DNA from: Parcubacteria group bacterium GW2011_GWA2_47_26
GTDB taxonomy: Bacteria > Patescibacteriota > Patescibacteriia > GWA2-47-26
Direction of reading: 5' to 3'
DNA length: 64,000 nucleotides
NCBI GenBank assembly: GCA_001001705.1
Contig: LCOG01000002.1
Span: forward strand, 20,056-84,055
The translations under genes were made by a program, and so were the position numbers. This document shows positions 55,667-64,000 of the stretch, one piece after another (positions within the stretch are counted from its first letter, which is position 1; each line of letters opens with the position of its first letter). The notes below the pieces were generated by a model. It was not told the origin of the DNA. It was given only the letters and a program-made list of their open reading frames with translations, and made no database searches.

Positions 55667-57967
55667 CTATTTTTTCAGGTGGGGCATTGTGAAAGATATA
55701 ACGTCAGCGCCTCTTAGTATGTACGCGATTTTCTGCCCTTCGTTTATCGCAAAGTCTTTGAGGTTAGTGAAAGTTTGGCTTGTATATTGCGCTTTTAGTG
55801 TGCCATTATCTTTGTTAAAAACAACGAGTCGATTTCCGCTCTGGTTTAATATGTAAAGATATTGTGAGGCTTCGTTAGTCCACAGTTTCGTGGCTTGCGT
55901 AAGCACCGGGTCAATATTTTTAAGCGCAAAATTTGTTTTTAGACCTTTGCGAAATTCTGTTACATTGCCTGATTCATCAAGAACATAGGCTGTGCCGTCC
56001 ACCGTCAGCGCCAAAGCAGTGTTAATTGCGGTTCTATCTTTTATCCAGGCCGCGCCGGAGTTAAAACCCTGCGCCATGGGCTCGTACTTATAAATCTGAT
56101 TCTCACTCGGGTGCAATGTATAAAGCCGACGATTGTATATGGTCGCATCGCGCGCTCCACTGCGTAGTGTTCTAGGTTCACCTAGCTTATTCTCTGCGTA
56201 ATTATAAATATAAGCTCTGTCACTGTTAATTAATAGGAGTGCGTTACGCTGGGGATGAGCAAGCATTACGTTCAATGCGGTTATATTTTCTGGTGTAAAT
56301 TTTTGTGTTACATTATTTTGCGACCAGACTAACGCATTTGTGCTATAAGCAAAAAGCGCATTATCTTTCAAAAAAATCCCTTTGGCCTCTGGCAGTAGCT
56401 CGCGAAGATCAAGTACTGTTGTTGGATTTTCTATAACGATAATGTGGCGCAGCCGTTCTTCTACGCCCTGCAAGGCAGCAACCAACATGCTGGTTTCGTT
56501 TTCGTCTGCCGCTGATTTTAAATAACGCAAAGGAATATTTGCCGTTACTTGTCTTTTAAACGCGGATAAATTTTGCAAGCGCGCTTTTGCTTCTTCAATT
56601 TGCAAGCGCGCTTGTTCCTCGTTATTGTAAATTAGTGATGCGCTCGCCGTATCTATTAGGGTTTGTATGCCCGTAATCTCGGTTTGCAGTTGATTTTCTG
56701 CCGATCTTATTATCCCTCTGCGGTTGGCAAAAAGCACGCTCTCGCTAAAAACGAAAATTAGGGTAAGAAGGGCAATGAAGATTATTTTGCTTTTAAGCGA
56801 AAGGCCGTTGAATTTATTGGCTAGATAGTTTACTTTTGTTCTGAAAAGAAAGAGCAGTTTCTGTTTGAGCAGTTTCATGTCTGTAGCGCGCGCAAACCGC
56901 GCCAAAATTTTCTGGCGAAAACTTGTGTTGGCAATTGAAACACGTGTCCTTTGTATAATCTGCGCCGCCTTTTGCGGGTATTTGGCAAGGCGGATAAAAT
57001 ACGAAGATATTGTTCTATGTTTTAAGGGTGTCGTTGGAATAGGTGGAGCCGTTGTAGCTATGGCTTTACGCGTCTCTTTAATTGGAATGGCTATTGTGTT
57101 TTTAATAGTCTTTAATTTATTCCCGAATTTATTATTAAAGTGATCAAAAAAAACTGTCAAGGTTTTCTGGGTTTGATGTACAGAGGCTTGTATTGATTGT
57201 AGAAATGGTTTTAAAAGCGGCGGCGAGAGCATTTCTTCAGTGCGAGCTTCGGTTTTAAGCAGAGTAGCGATAGATGACCCCGTTGATTCAGTTGGGCGCA
57301 GAACTTGCGGTTTTGCCTCCAATAAAACAGCCCGGAAAATTGGCGGCTGTACATTCCGCGTTTCAATGCTTCGCCTAATAGAGGCGAGTTTATTTTCGGA
57401 ACTGCGTGAACGCGCGATCTCTTTTAAGTCGTTGGATTTTAAAAGGGGAGACAGATGTTTGGAAACCACAAGCAGATAAGCATGCGGCGCCAAAACTCCA
57501 TTATGAAAATTGCTGAAATGAAGCGGCCCGCTTGCCCCCATTTCTCCAAAATTGCTGATTGCATTGCCGCTGACGTGGAGTACGGCTATCTCGCCGGAGC
57601 TCGTGAAAAACAATTGTGTTCCCGAAACGATGCCAAGACTGGCATGGATGCGCGGCAGGTCGTGGGCTCGTTCTTTAATTTTATTTTCAAAAATGGCAAG
57701 TTTTTTTTCAAAAAATTGTTCGGCTTGTGTACGATCTACTGGAATATACTCAAAAGCCGTTGCCAGACGCAAAGCGTAGTCAAAGAGATCGTTGGCCGCT
57801 TCGCGATCTTGTGAGGATAGTGCCTCCAGCTCGGCGTCGTTGAAACCGAAAAGTCCAAAGAATTGAGTCTCCGTTGAGAATTTTCCGCGGCGCACTACCG
57901 ACGTCCACGCCGAGAAGGCGCGATGGTGTATTGTGGTCTCAATGTGGATAGTTAATCTTTGGTTCAT
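55667..57967 (-). CDS. Hypothetical bitopic membrane protein (766 aa)
   Basis: Long ORF with central TM; start codon abuts a family B element. Confidence 0.5.
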   Translation of the reverse strand: MNQRLTIHIETTIHHRAFSAWTSVVRRGKFSTETQFFGLFGFNDAELEALSSQDREAANDLFDYALRLATAFEYIPVDRTQAEQFFEKKLAIFENKIKERAHDLPRIHASLGIVSGTQLFFTSSGEIAVLHVSGNAISNFGEMGASGPLHFSNFHNGVLAPHAYLLVVSKHLSPLLKSNDLKEIARSRSSENKLASIRRSIETRNVQPPIFRAVLLEAKPQVLRPTESTGSSIATLLKTEARTEEMLSPPLLKPFLQSIQASVHQTQKTLTVFFDHFNNKFGNKLKTIKNTIAIPIKETRKAIATTAPPIPTTPLKHRTISSYFIRLAKYPQKAAQIIQRTRVSIANTSFRQKILARFARATDMKLLKQKLLFLFRTKVNYLANKFNGLSLKSKIIFIALLTLIFVFSESVLFANRRGIIRSAENQLQTEITGIQTLIDTASASLIYNNEEQARLQIEEAKARLQNLSAFKRQVTANIPLRYLKSAADENETSMLVAALQGVEERLRHIIVIENPTTVLDLRELLPEAKGIFLKDNALFAYSTNALVWSQNNVTQKFTPENITALNVMLAHPQRNALLLINSDRAYIYNYAENKLGEPRTLRSGARDATIYNRRLYTLHPSENQIYKYEPMAQGFNSGAAWIKDRTAINTALALTVDGTAYVLDESGNVTEFRKGLKTNFALKNIDPVLTQATKLWTNEASQYLYILNQSGNRLVVFNKDNGTLKAQYTSQTFTNLKDFAINEGQKIAYILRGADVISFTMPHLKK

Positions 57968-58075
57968 CCCGTTAGAAGTTTAAGAATAATTTTCTTTTAA
58001 GTACCCGCTAGACGTCAGTCGGCTTCGCCTACTGTTTTTCGTATACGAATGTCGTGCTTAAACTTCTAACGGGAT
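57966..58075. repeat. Family B-like divergent element abutting the start codon of the minus-strand 766-aa gene
   Basis: CAT|CCCGTTAGAAGTT ... CTTAAACTTCTAACGGGAT; reverse complement reads CTTCTAACGGGATGAAC exactly as at nifS. Confidence 0.6.
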
Positions 58076-58130
58076 TGACGCGACTGTATTTTTAGTATAC
58101 TATAGATGAAGATATTGTAAAGATAAGCCT

Positions 58131-58766
58131 ATGCGCAAGCGCGCGTCACTCGAACAAATTTTTGGCTCAAGGGTCCGTGTGAGACTGCTCAAGCTTTTTT
58201 TAGAGCATCCCGATGATCGTTTCTATGTCCGTGAGATAACGCGGCTGACACGGTCGCATATTCATTCAGTACGGCGCGAACTTGCGAATCTGTCCAAGGT
58301 TGGACTGGTGCGGATTTACATTGATAAAAATGCAAACGGCGGCATTACTTACAAAAACAGCGCAAATAATTTACAGCGCAAATATTATGAAGTTAATCCC
58401 GAGTGTGTAATTTTTAACGAGCTACGATTACTGTTAATCAAAGGACAGCTTTTGCTCCAAGAAGAACTTGCGAGGCAACTGTCTGCGGCGGGCGCGGTTA
58501 ATTACTTAGCCTTGACTGGATTTTTTGCCGATCTTCAAGGATTGCCAACTGATCTGCTTTTAATAGGCCGCGTTAGTAAAAAGAAATGCGCGAAATCAAT
58601 AGAAGATTTTGAAGAAGAATTCGGGCGCACCATTAATTATACGATTTTGACCTTGAAAGAATTTTTGGAGCGCAAGGAAATGACCGATCGCTTTCTTTAT
58701 ACGCTGCTGGAGTCAAAAAAAATTGTTCTTGTAGATAAACTGCCCGTCTCGTCGCGCATTGGCTGA
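58131..58766 (+). CDS. Putative winged-helix transcriptional regulator
   Basis: N-terminal wHTH-like region (VRVRLLKLFLEHPDDRFYVREITRLT). Confidence 0.4.
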   Translation: MRKRASLEQIFGSRVRVRLLKLFLEHPDDRFYVREITRLTRSHIHSVRRELANLSKVGLVRIYIDKNANGGITYKNSANNLQRKYYEVNPECVIFNELRLLLIKGQLLLQEELARQLSAAGAVNYLALTGFFADLQGLPTDLLLIGRVSKKKCAKSIEDFEEEFGRTINYTILTLKEFLERKEMTDRFLYTLLESKKIVLVDKLPVSSRIG

Positions 58767-58781
58767 TTGTGTTGAAGTGCC

Positions 58782-58933
58782 GTCATTCTGAGGAGTCCCG
58801 CAGGCGCGGGACGACGAAGAATTTCGCACGAATCCCGTTAGAGATCGCGGACGCAGTCCGCGTCCTATCTCTAAACGGGACGAATGTGCGGAATCTCGCA
58901 TACGCGAGAGATCCTTCACTGCGTTCAGGATGA
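58782..58933. repeat. Composite element: family A termini enclosing a CCGTTAGAG...CTCTAAACGG hairpin (family C-like)
   Basis: GTCATTCTGAGGAGTCCCGCAGGCGCGGGACGACGAAGAAT...CCCGTTAGAGATCGCGGACGCAGTCCGCGTCCTATCTCTAAACGGGACG...GATCCTTCACTGCGTTCAGGATGAC. Confidence 0.7.
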
Positions 58934-58942
58934 CTACTAATT

Positions 58943-59260
58943 ATGTCCACCACTACCTTACAAATTGTGATTAAAAATAAACGCGCCTTGCTTAAAAGTG
59001 GCGTAAAAAAAATAGAGTTCAACTTGGATGAGAAGCCATTGCTATGGGGTATTGCTAAAATGCTCCGCCGCCTCCGCGACTTACAAGGTTTGAGTGTAGA
59101 CATGGAAGAAACGTCTTTTAGTGGAACTCGCGAGGCAGTCGCCGTGGTTAATACCATAGCTTGGGCGCTCAAAATAAAAGTCAACGGGCAGGCGCAACTC
59201 CGACCGACTTATCAGCGTGAGCCCAATATTACCAAACCCAAACATGACACCACGCACTAA
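58943..59260 (+). CDS. Hypothetical protein
   Basis: ORF only. Confidence 0.35.
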   Translation: MSTTTLQIVIKNKRALLKSGVKKIEFNLDEKPLLWGIAKMLRRLRDLQGLSVDMEETSFSGTREAVAVVNTIAWALKIKVNGQAQLRPTYQREPNITKPKHDTTH

Positions 59261-60770
59261 ATTATATCGTTTATTAGAAATAATACCCGGAGCGCTAATC
59301 TGGACGACTTTGATCGGCGCGATTATTTTTTCAATTGTTAAACCAATTTGGGCCTTATACTTTATTTTAATCTTCGACGTTTATTGGCTGTTTCGCGTAG
59401 TTTACTTTGTTTTTTATTTGATGATTTCCTGGCGCAGGTTAAAAGTGGATTCCCGTGTTGATTGGCTTGATAAGTTAAAGCGGGAGAAACCAGATTGGAC
59501 GCGGATTTGGCATTTAATTTTTCTGCCCACTTCTAAAGAAGATATCGAAATTTTAAGAGCGACGCTTGCCTCGCTTTCTAAATCCAGATACGAGGCAAAA
59601 CGTTTTATTATTGTGCTCTCCGGAGAAGAGCGCGGCGGCGGAGAGCGATTTTTGCGCGATGCCGAAATATTGCAAACCGAATTTCAGAACTCTTTTGGCC
59701 ATTTTTTAACCATCCTGCATCCGGAAAATTTGCCGGATGAGATTCCGGGCAAAGGCTCAAATCTTAATTTTGCCGGTCATCGCGTGCGTGAGTTTATTGA
59801 CGGCTTGAAAATTCCCTATCCGGATATTATCGTTTCCGCTTTTGACATTGATACAATTACTCACCCGCAATATTTTGCCTACTTGAGTTATAAATATCTG
59901 ACCGTGCCTGATCCCTTGCATTCTTCTTATCAGCCCATTGCCTTGTATAATAATAATATCTGGGAAGCCCCGGCTTTAATCCAAATCGCTTCTTTGGGCA
60001 CTACTTTTTGGCTCATGACTGAATTACCGCGTCCCGAGCGGCTCTTTACTTTTTCCTCGCACAGCATGCCTTGGACTGCGCTCACGGAGGTTGGTTTTTG
60101 GCAAAAGGATATTGTAACTGAAGACTCCCGGATATTTTTACAATGCTTTCTTCATTACAATGGCGACTATCGGGTTACCCCGCTTTATCTGCCGGTTTCC
60201 ATGGATACGGTTACGGGCGCAAATTATCTGCAGAGCCTGGTTGCCCTTTATAAACAGCAAAGGCGCTGGGCTTGGGGCATTGAACATTTTCCGTACATGG
60301 TTTGGCATTTTTTTCAACGCCGGGCAATTCCTTTGCGCAAAAAAATCAAATTTATCTGGAATCTTGGCGAGGGGATGTATTCTTGGGCTACTGCGCCTAT
60401 CTTAATTTTTATTCTAGGACGCCTGCCTTTTATCGCCGGAGATAGTTTTCTTGGTGTCTCGGTTTTTTTTCAGCTCACGCCTCTGATGCTCCAATGGCTA
60501 ATGCGCGCCGCTATGGTTGGAATCTTAGTCTCGGCAATATTGACTTCCAAACTTTTACCGCCTCTGCCCTCGACAACTTCTTCTTATCGCCGACTGCTCG
60601 TGATACTGCAATGGCTGCTTCTTCCGCTCACGTTAATTATATTTGGTTCAATCCCAGCCTTTGACGCCCAAACTCGGCTAATGCTCGGAAAGTATTTAGG
60701 ATTTAACGTTACGGAAAAATATAGACAAAAACTATCCAGCAGGACATTGGATGTAGTGGCAAAAATATGA
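59217..60770 (+). CDS. Membrane glycosyltransferase family 2 (processive, QxxRW type)
   Basis: DxD (FDIDT), QQRRW motif, N- and C-terminal TM helices. Confidence 0.75.
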   Translation: MSPILPNPNMTPRTKLYRLLEIIPGALIWTTLIGAIIFSIVKPIWALYFILIFDVYWLFRVVYFVFYLMISWRRLKVDSRVDWLDKLKREKPDWTRIWHLIFLPTSKEDIEILRATLASLSKSRYEAKRFIIVLSGEERGGGERFLRDAEILQTEFQNSFGHFLTILHPENLPDEIPGKGSNLNFAGHRVREFIDGLKIPYPDIIVSAFDIDTITHPQYFAYLSYKYLTVPDPLHSSYQPIALYNNNIWEAPALIQIASLGTTFWLMTELPRPERLFTFSSHSMPWTALTEVGFWQKDIVTEDSRIFLQCFLHYNGDYRVTPLYLPVSMDTVTGANYLQSLVALYKQQRRWAWGIEHFPYMVWHFFQRRAIPLRKKIKFIWNLGEGMYSWATAPILIFILGRLPFIAGDSFLGVSVFFQLTPLMLQWLMRAAMVGILVSAILTSKLLPPLPSTTSSYRRLLVILQWLLLPLTLIIFGSIPAFDAQTRLMLGKYLGFNVTEKYRQKLSSRTLDVVAKI

Positions 60771-62707
60771 CAAAAGTACGTTCATCTCGGCGAAAATTAT
60801 TCTACGCCGTTATCGTATTTACGGTTTTAACTCTGTCCGTGTTAGCGGTTTTTTCTTACAGTTCGCTAAATAGCGCGCGAATAAATGTTCTCGCCGCAAA
60901 GAATGCCGCTCTGTCTGCCAAAGATGCCTTGCTTACAGAACGCGATCCCCGCGCTGCACAAAACTTTTTAAATGAGTCAAAAAAATATTTTGATGAAGCC
61001 GCGTTTAAGATACAGCGCGTGCGTTTTCTCAAATTTGTTCCATGGGTTGGTGCGCAATGGAAAGCCGTGGATGCTGGCCTGCGCGCCGCCTCAATAGCCT
61101 CGGGCGCTCTTTCCAAGGCCGCGGCTCTCGGGGCAGATATTTTAGGGCCATTGGCTCGCTTGGAAAATGTGCAGATCGGCGAGATTCCAATTGCGGAGCG
61201 CCAGCGAATTTTGAAAAATATGTTTGAAAGCGCGCCGCAGATGACTGGCATTAAAGCCGAGATTGAACTTTCCCGATATCTCATTGATTCTGCGCTGCGG
61301 CCCGGGGTTTTGCCAGTAGTCCGCGAAAATTTGGATTTACTGCGCGGCAACCTGAATACAGTGCAAACGGTTTTAGAAGACAGCGCTGCGCTTGTCCATT
61401 TCGCGCCGCTCTTTCTCGGTTATGCCAGTCCAAAAACTTATCTTTTTGTGCTTGAAAATAGCGACGAGCTTCGGCCAACAGGCGGTTTTATCGGAACCTA
61501 TGGCCTGCTCACTCTTGAAGCAGGGCATATTGCCAATTTTTTTACTGATGATGTTTACAACCTAGATCGTTTTGCGCCGGGAGCAAAACGTCCGCCGTCC
61601 CCGCCGGAATTGCAGCAATATTTGCAGCAGCCGCGTTTTTATTTGCGCGATGCCAATTGGGCGCCGGATTTTCGCGAATCAGCAAAAACAATTTTGCAAT
61701 TTTATAAAGATGAGGCGATGTATGTTAGGAACCCTCCGTCCTCCGTCCTCCGTCCTTCGTCATCCGAACTTGACGGTGTCATTGCCGTCATGCCCTCGGC
61801 TATTAAGCCGTTATTTGAATTAACAGGACCTATTACTGTAGAAGGCCAAACCTTTACCGCTCAAAATTTAACCGAGGCCCTGGAATTTGAAGTGGAGATT
61901 GGTTTTCAGGAGCGCGCTATCCCGCGGCCGCAACGCAAAGCTATAATTGCCGAGCTTACCCGCGCTTTGATTGCTAAGATTTTTGCTCTCCCATGCTCAA
62001 AGTGGCCGCAAGTCCTGCATATCTTGCGCATGGCCTTGGACGAAAAACACATTTTGCTTTATGCTAATGACCCTGTAGCCCATGGAATTATTGAGGAAGA
62101 AAATTGGGCCGGCAGTATAAGCGCGGCAGGCGGAGACTATTTGGCGATTTTTGACGCCAACATGTTTGCCCTGAAAACCGATCCTTACATTGAGCGCGCG
62201 ATTTTCTACAATGTTAGTAAAGAAAATGACGCGTTTATTGGAAACGCGGAAATAGTTTATAGTTATCCAAAAGCCGGGCCGGCTTGGAAGACCAAAGGTT
62301 ATCGAACATACACCCGCGTTTATGTGCCGCAGGGCAGTGTGCTTTTGGAATCCTCGGGCGCCATGAAAGAAGAAGGCTCGCGAGAGTCCGGTCAAGTAAA
62401 AATAGGACAGGAATACGATAAAACCGTCTTCGGCGCATTTCTGGCGGTACAAGTTGGCGAAGTTAAACGGTTGAGATTTAAATACCGCTTGCCCGATAGT
62501 GTGGCCGAGATAATTAATGCGGGCGCTTATTCCTTGCAAGTTCAAAAACAGCCCGGGACGCTCGGACACACTTTGACAACGGTAGTTGATACTGATAAGA
62601 TACCCCAGTCCTGGAGTCCGACTGGCCTTAACGTTAGTCGTGATGGCTCACGGTTGAATTGGCAGACCAGTTTGCGGAAGGATCAAGAGTTTAGAATTCA
62701 GCTCTAA
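60767..62707 (+). CDS. DUF4012-like secreted protein
   Basis: ELRPTGGFIGTYG motif characteristic of DUF4012; N-terminal TM anchor. Confidence 0.55.
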   Translation: MTKVRSSRRKLFYAVIVFTVLTLSVLAVFSYSSLNSARINVLAAKNAALSAKDALLTERDPRAAQNFLNESKKYFDEAAFKIQRVRFLKFVPWVGAQWKAVDAGLRAASIASGALSKAAALGADILGPLARLENVQIGEIPIAERQRILKNMFESAPQMTGIKAEIELSRYLIDSALRPGVLPVVRENLDLLRGNLNTVQTVLEDSAALVHFAPLFLGYASPKTYLFVLENSDELRPTGGFIGTYGLLTLEAGHIANFFTDDVYNLDRFAPGAKRPPSPPELQQYLQQPRFYLRDANWAPDFRESAKTILQFYKDEAMYVRNPPSSVLRPSSSELDGVIAVMPSAIKPLFELTGPITVEGQTFTAQNLTEALEFEVEIGFQERAIPRPQRKAIIAELTRALIAKIFALPCSKWPQVLHILRMALDEKHILLYANDPVAHGIIEEENWAGSISAAGGDYLAIFDANMFALKTDPYIERAIFYNVSKENDAFIGNAEIVYSYPKAGPAWKTKGYRTYTRVYVPQGSVLLESSGAMKEEGSRESGQVKIGQEYDKTVFGAFLAVQVGEVKRLRFKYRLPDSVAEIINAGAYSLQVQKQPGTLGHTLTTVVDTDKIPQSWSPTGLNVSRDGSRLNWQTSLRKDQEFRIQL

Positions 62708-62793
62708 GCAGATTAAGTACTAAGCAGAGTAAGCAATTGTTGATTGCCTAATCTGCTTACTCTGCCTAATCTGCTTACTCTGCCTAATCTGCT
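62706..62793. repeat. Family H repeat cluster (AGCAGATTAAG / CTTACTCTGCCTAATCTG x3) between DUF4012 gene and mreB
   Basis: Three tandem CTGCTTACTCTGCCTAAT units plus the inverted AGCAGATTAAG. Confidence 0.6.
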
Positions 62794-63801
62794 ATGTTTA
62801 TCAAAAAAATCGGCATTGATCTAGGCACGACAAATGTGCGTGTTTATGTTCCAAAAAAGGGGATTATTATCAATGAGCCCTCGGTTGTAGCCATCTCTAC
62901 CCTGGACAAGAAAATTTTAGCTGTAGGAAGGGACGCCAAAGAAATGTTGGGACGCACCCCCGATACGATTGTCGCTTCTCGGCCAATGAAAGACGGAGTC
63001 ATTGCGGATTACAAAACAACCGAGGCCATGCTCCGTTATTTCATCAACAAAGCTTTGGGTGGCGTTAAACTATTTCGCCCCGAAGTCATGGTCGCGGTTC
63101 CCGGCGGCATAACTTCAACCGAACGCCGTGCCGTTATTGACGCAACAATTGCGGCTGGCGCCAAAGCCGCCTACATTATTAAAGAGCCGATTGTCGCCGC
63201 GATTGGGGCGGATATTCCAATTGGCAGTCCTTCTGGTTATATGATTATTGAAATTGGCGGCGGAACCATGGAAGCCGCGGTGCTTTCCTTGGGTGGAATT
63301 GTCTCGTCGGCCTCGGTGCGCGTGGGCGGCAATCGTTTGGATGCGGCCATTGCTGAACATGTGCGGCGAAGGTACAATGTTGCGGTAGGTGAGCGCACGG
63401 CCGAGGATATAAAAATACAAATCGGTTCCGCGCTTTATTTAAATGATCAGCTTTCCATGGAAGTCACAGGTAGGGATATGATTCAAGGTTTGCCCAAGAG
63501 GATTACGGTTACCTCGCACGATGTTACTGAAGCCATTGGCAACGCGCTGGAGCAAATGGTTACAACCATTAAAGAAGTTTTGCACGAAACTCCGCCCGAA
63601 CTTTCCGCGGATGTCATGGAAAAAGGCATGGTCGTCTCCGGCGGAACATCCCAACTGCGCAATTTAGCCGAATTATTTTCCGAAGCAACCGGCGTTCCGG
63701 CTATGGTCGCGGAAGAACCCGCGCTATGCGTAGCAAAAGGCACCGGCGTTGCGCTTGAAAACCTGGAGTCCTACAAACGCAGCATCCTCGCCTCGCGGTA
63801 A
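62794..63801 (+). CDS. mreB: Rod shape-determining protein MreB
   Basis: IGIDLGTTN phosphate-1 motif, actin fold motifs. Confidence 0.9.
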   Translation: MFIKKIGIDLGTTNVRVYVPKKGIIINEPSVVAISTLDKKILAVGRDAKEMLGRTPDTIVASRPMKDGVIADYKTTEAMLRYFINKALGGVKLFRPEVMVAVPGGITSTERRAVIDATIAAGAKAAYIIKEPIVAAIGADIPIGSPSGYMIIEIGGGTMEAAVLSLGGIVSSASVRVGGNRLDAAIAEHVRRRYNVAVGERTAEDIKIQIGSALYLNDQLSMEVTGRDMIQGLPKRITVTSHDVTEAIGNALEQMVTTIKEVLHETPPELSADVMEKGMVVSGGTSQLRNLAELFSEATGVPAMVAEEPALCVAKGTGVALENLESYKRSILASR

Positions 63802-64000
63802 AACTAAAAGACAGTGCAATTTTCCGTTGTGGATACGTGCCGTGTCAACTCATATTAGGATGACACCGTAGCGCCCCTCGGTTGGGTCATCAAAAAAGAC
63901 ACCGTAGCGGGCATTAATTTTTTCAATGGTTTAAGCTTTGGTTCGACCTTTTGTGCTGACGTTTGTTTGGCTTGATATGCCTTGTACAGAAGATTCAATG

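Overview
Coding density is high across this 64-kb, roughly 48% GC window. The gene content (many type IV pilins, VirB4/VirB6-like proteins, ComFC, DUF4012, small hypothetical membrane proteins) suggests a small-genome Gram-positive-like or CPR/Patescibacteria-type organism, but that is inference only.

Genes in order:
- A type IV pilus cluster: partial pilB, a CheY-like receiver, pilC, two pilins, pilD and four pseudopilins.
- ligA, dnaG, rpoD, tRNA-Asn, uvrD, an ArsR regulator, nifS/iscU, a peroxiredoxin, prmC.
- A T4SS-like module: VirB6-like protein, TrpR/YerC-like regulator, PrgI/VirB3-like protein, VirB4 split in two, a VirB8-like bitopic protein, comFC.
- Two tandem tRNA-Ser genes on the minus strand, then recG.
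- A roughly 0.6-kb segment of about 68% GC whose only supportable ORF is small and Cys-containing.
- A minus-strand envelope cluster: Cys-rich/VirB2-like/M23 peptidase, DsbA, TolB-like propeller, htpX, lemA.
- A phosphohexomutase, murI, rseP, pheS/pheT, rplJ/rplL, a membrane-anchored single-domain Clp ATPase, a poly-G-flanked two-gene cassette, a PLDc_N protein, a CARDB protein, a GT2 glycosyltransferase, DUF4012 and mreB.

The dominant unusual signal is at least seven sequence-distinct families of 35–150 bp palindromic (hairpin) elements. Most sit inside housekeeping ORFs without breaking the frame (ligA, dnaG, uvrD, nifS, prmC, recG, murI, rseP, pheS, pheT, pilD, dsbA), much as Rickettsia palindromic elements do. 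Others fill intergenic junctions, and one family always ends on the AT of a downstream start codon. A further element splits virB4 into two ORFs, and two copies of a 44-bp repeat ending in a 12-G tract bracket a two-gene cassette next to the truncated clp-like gene.

No CRISPR array, rRNA or obvious prophage was seen.
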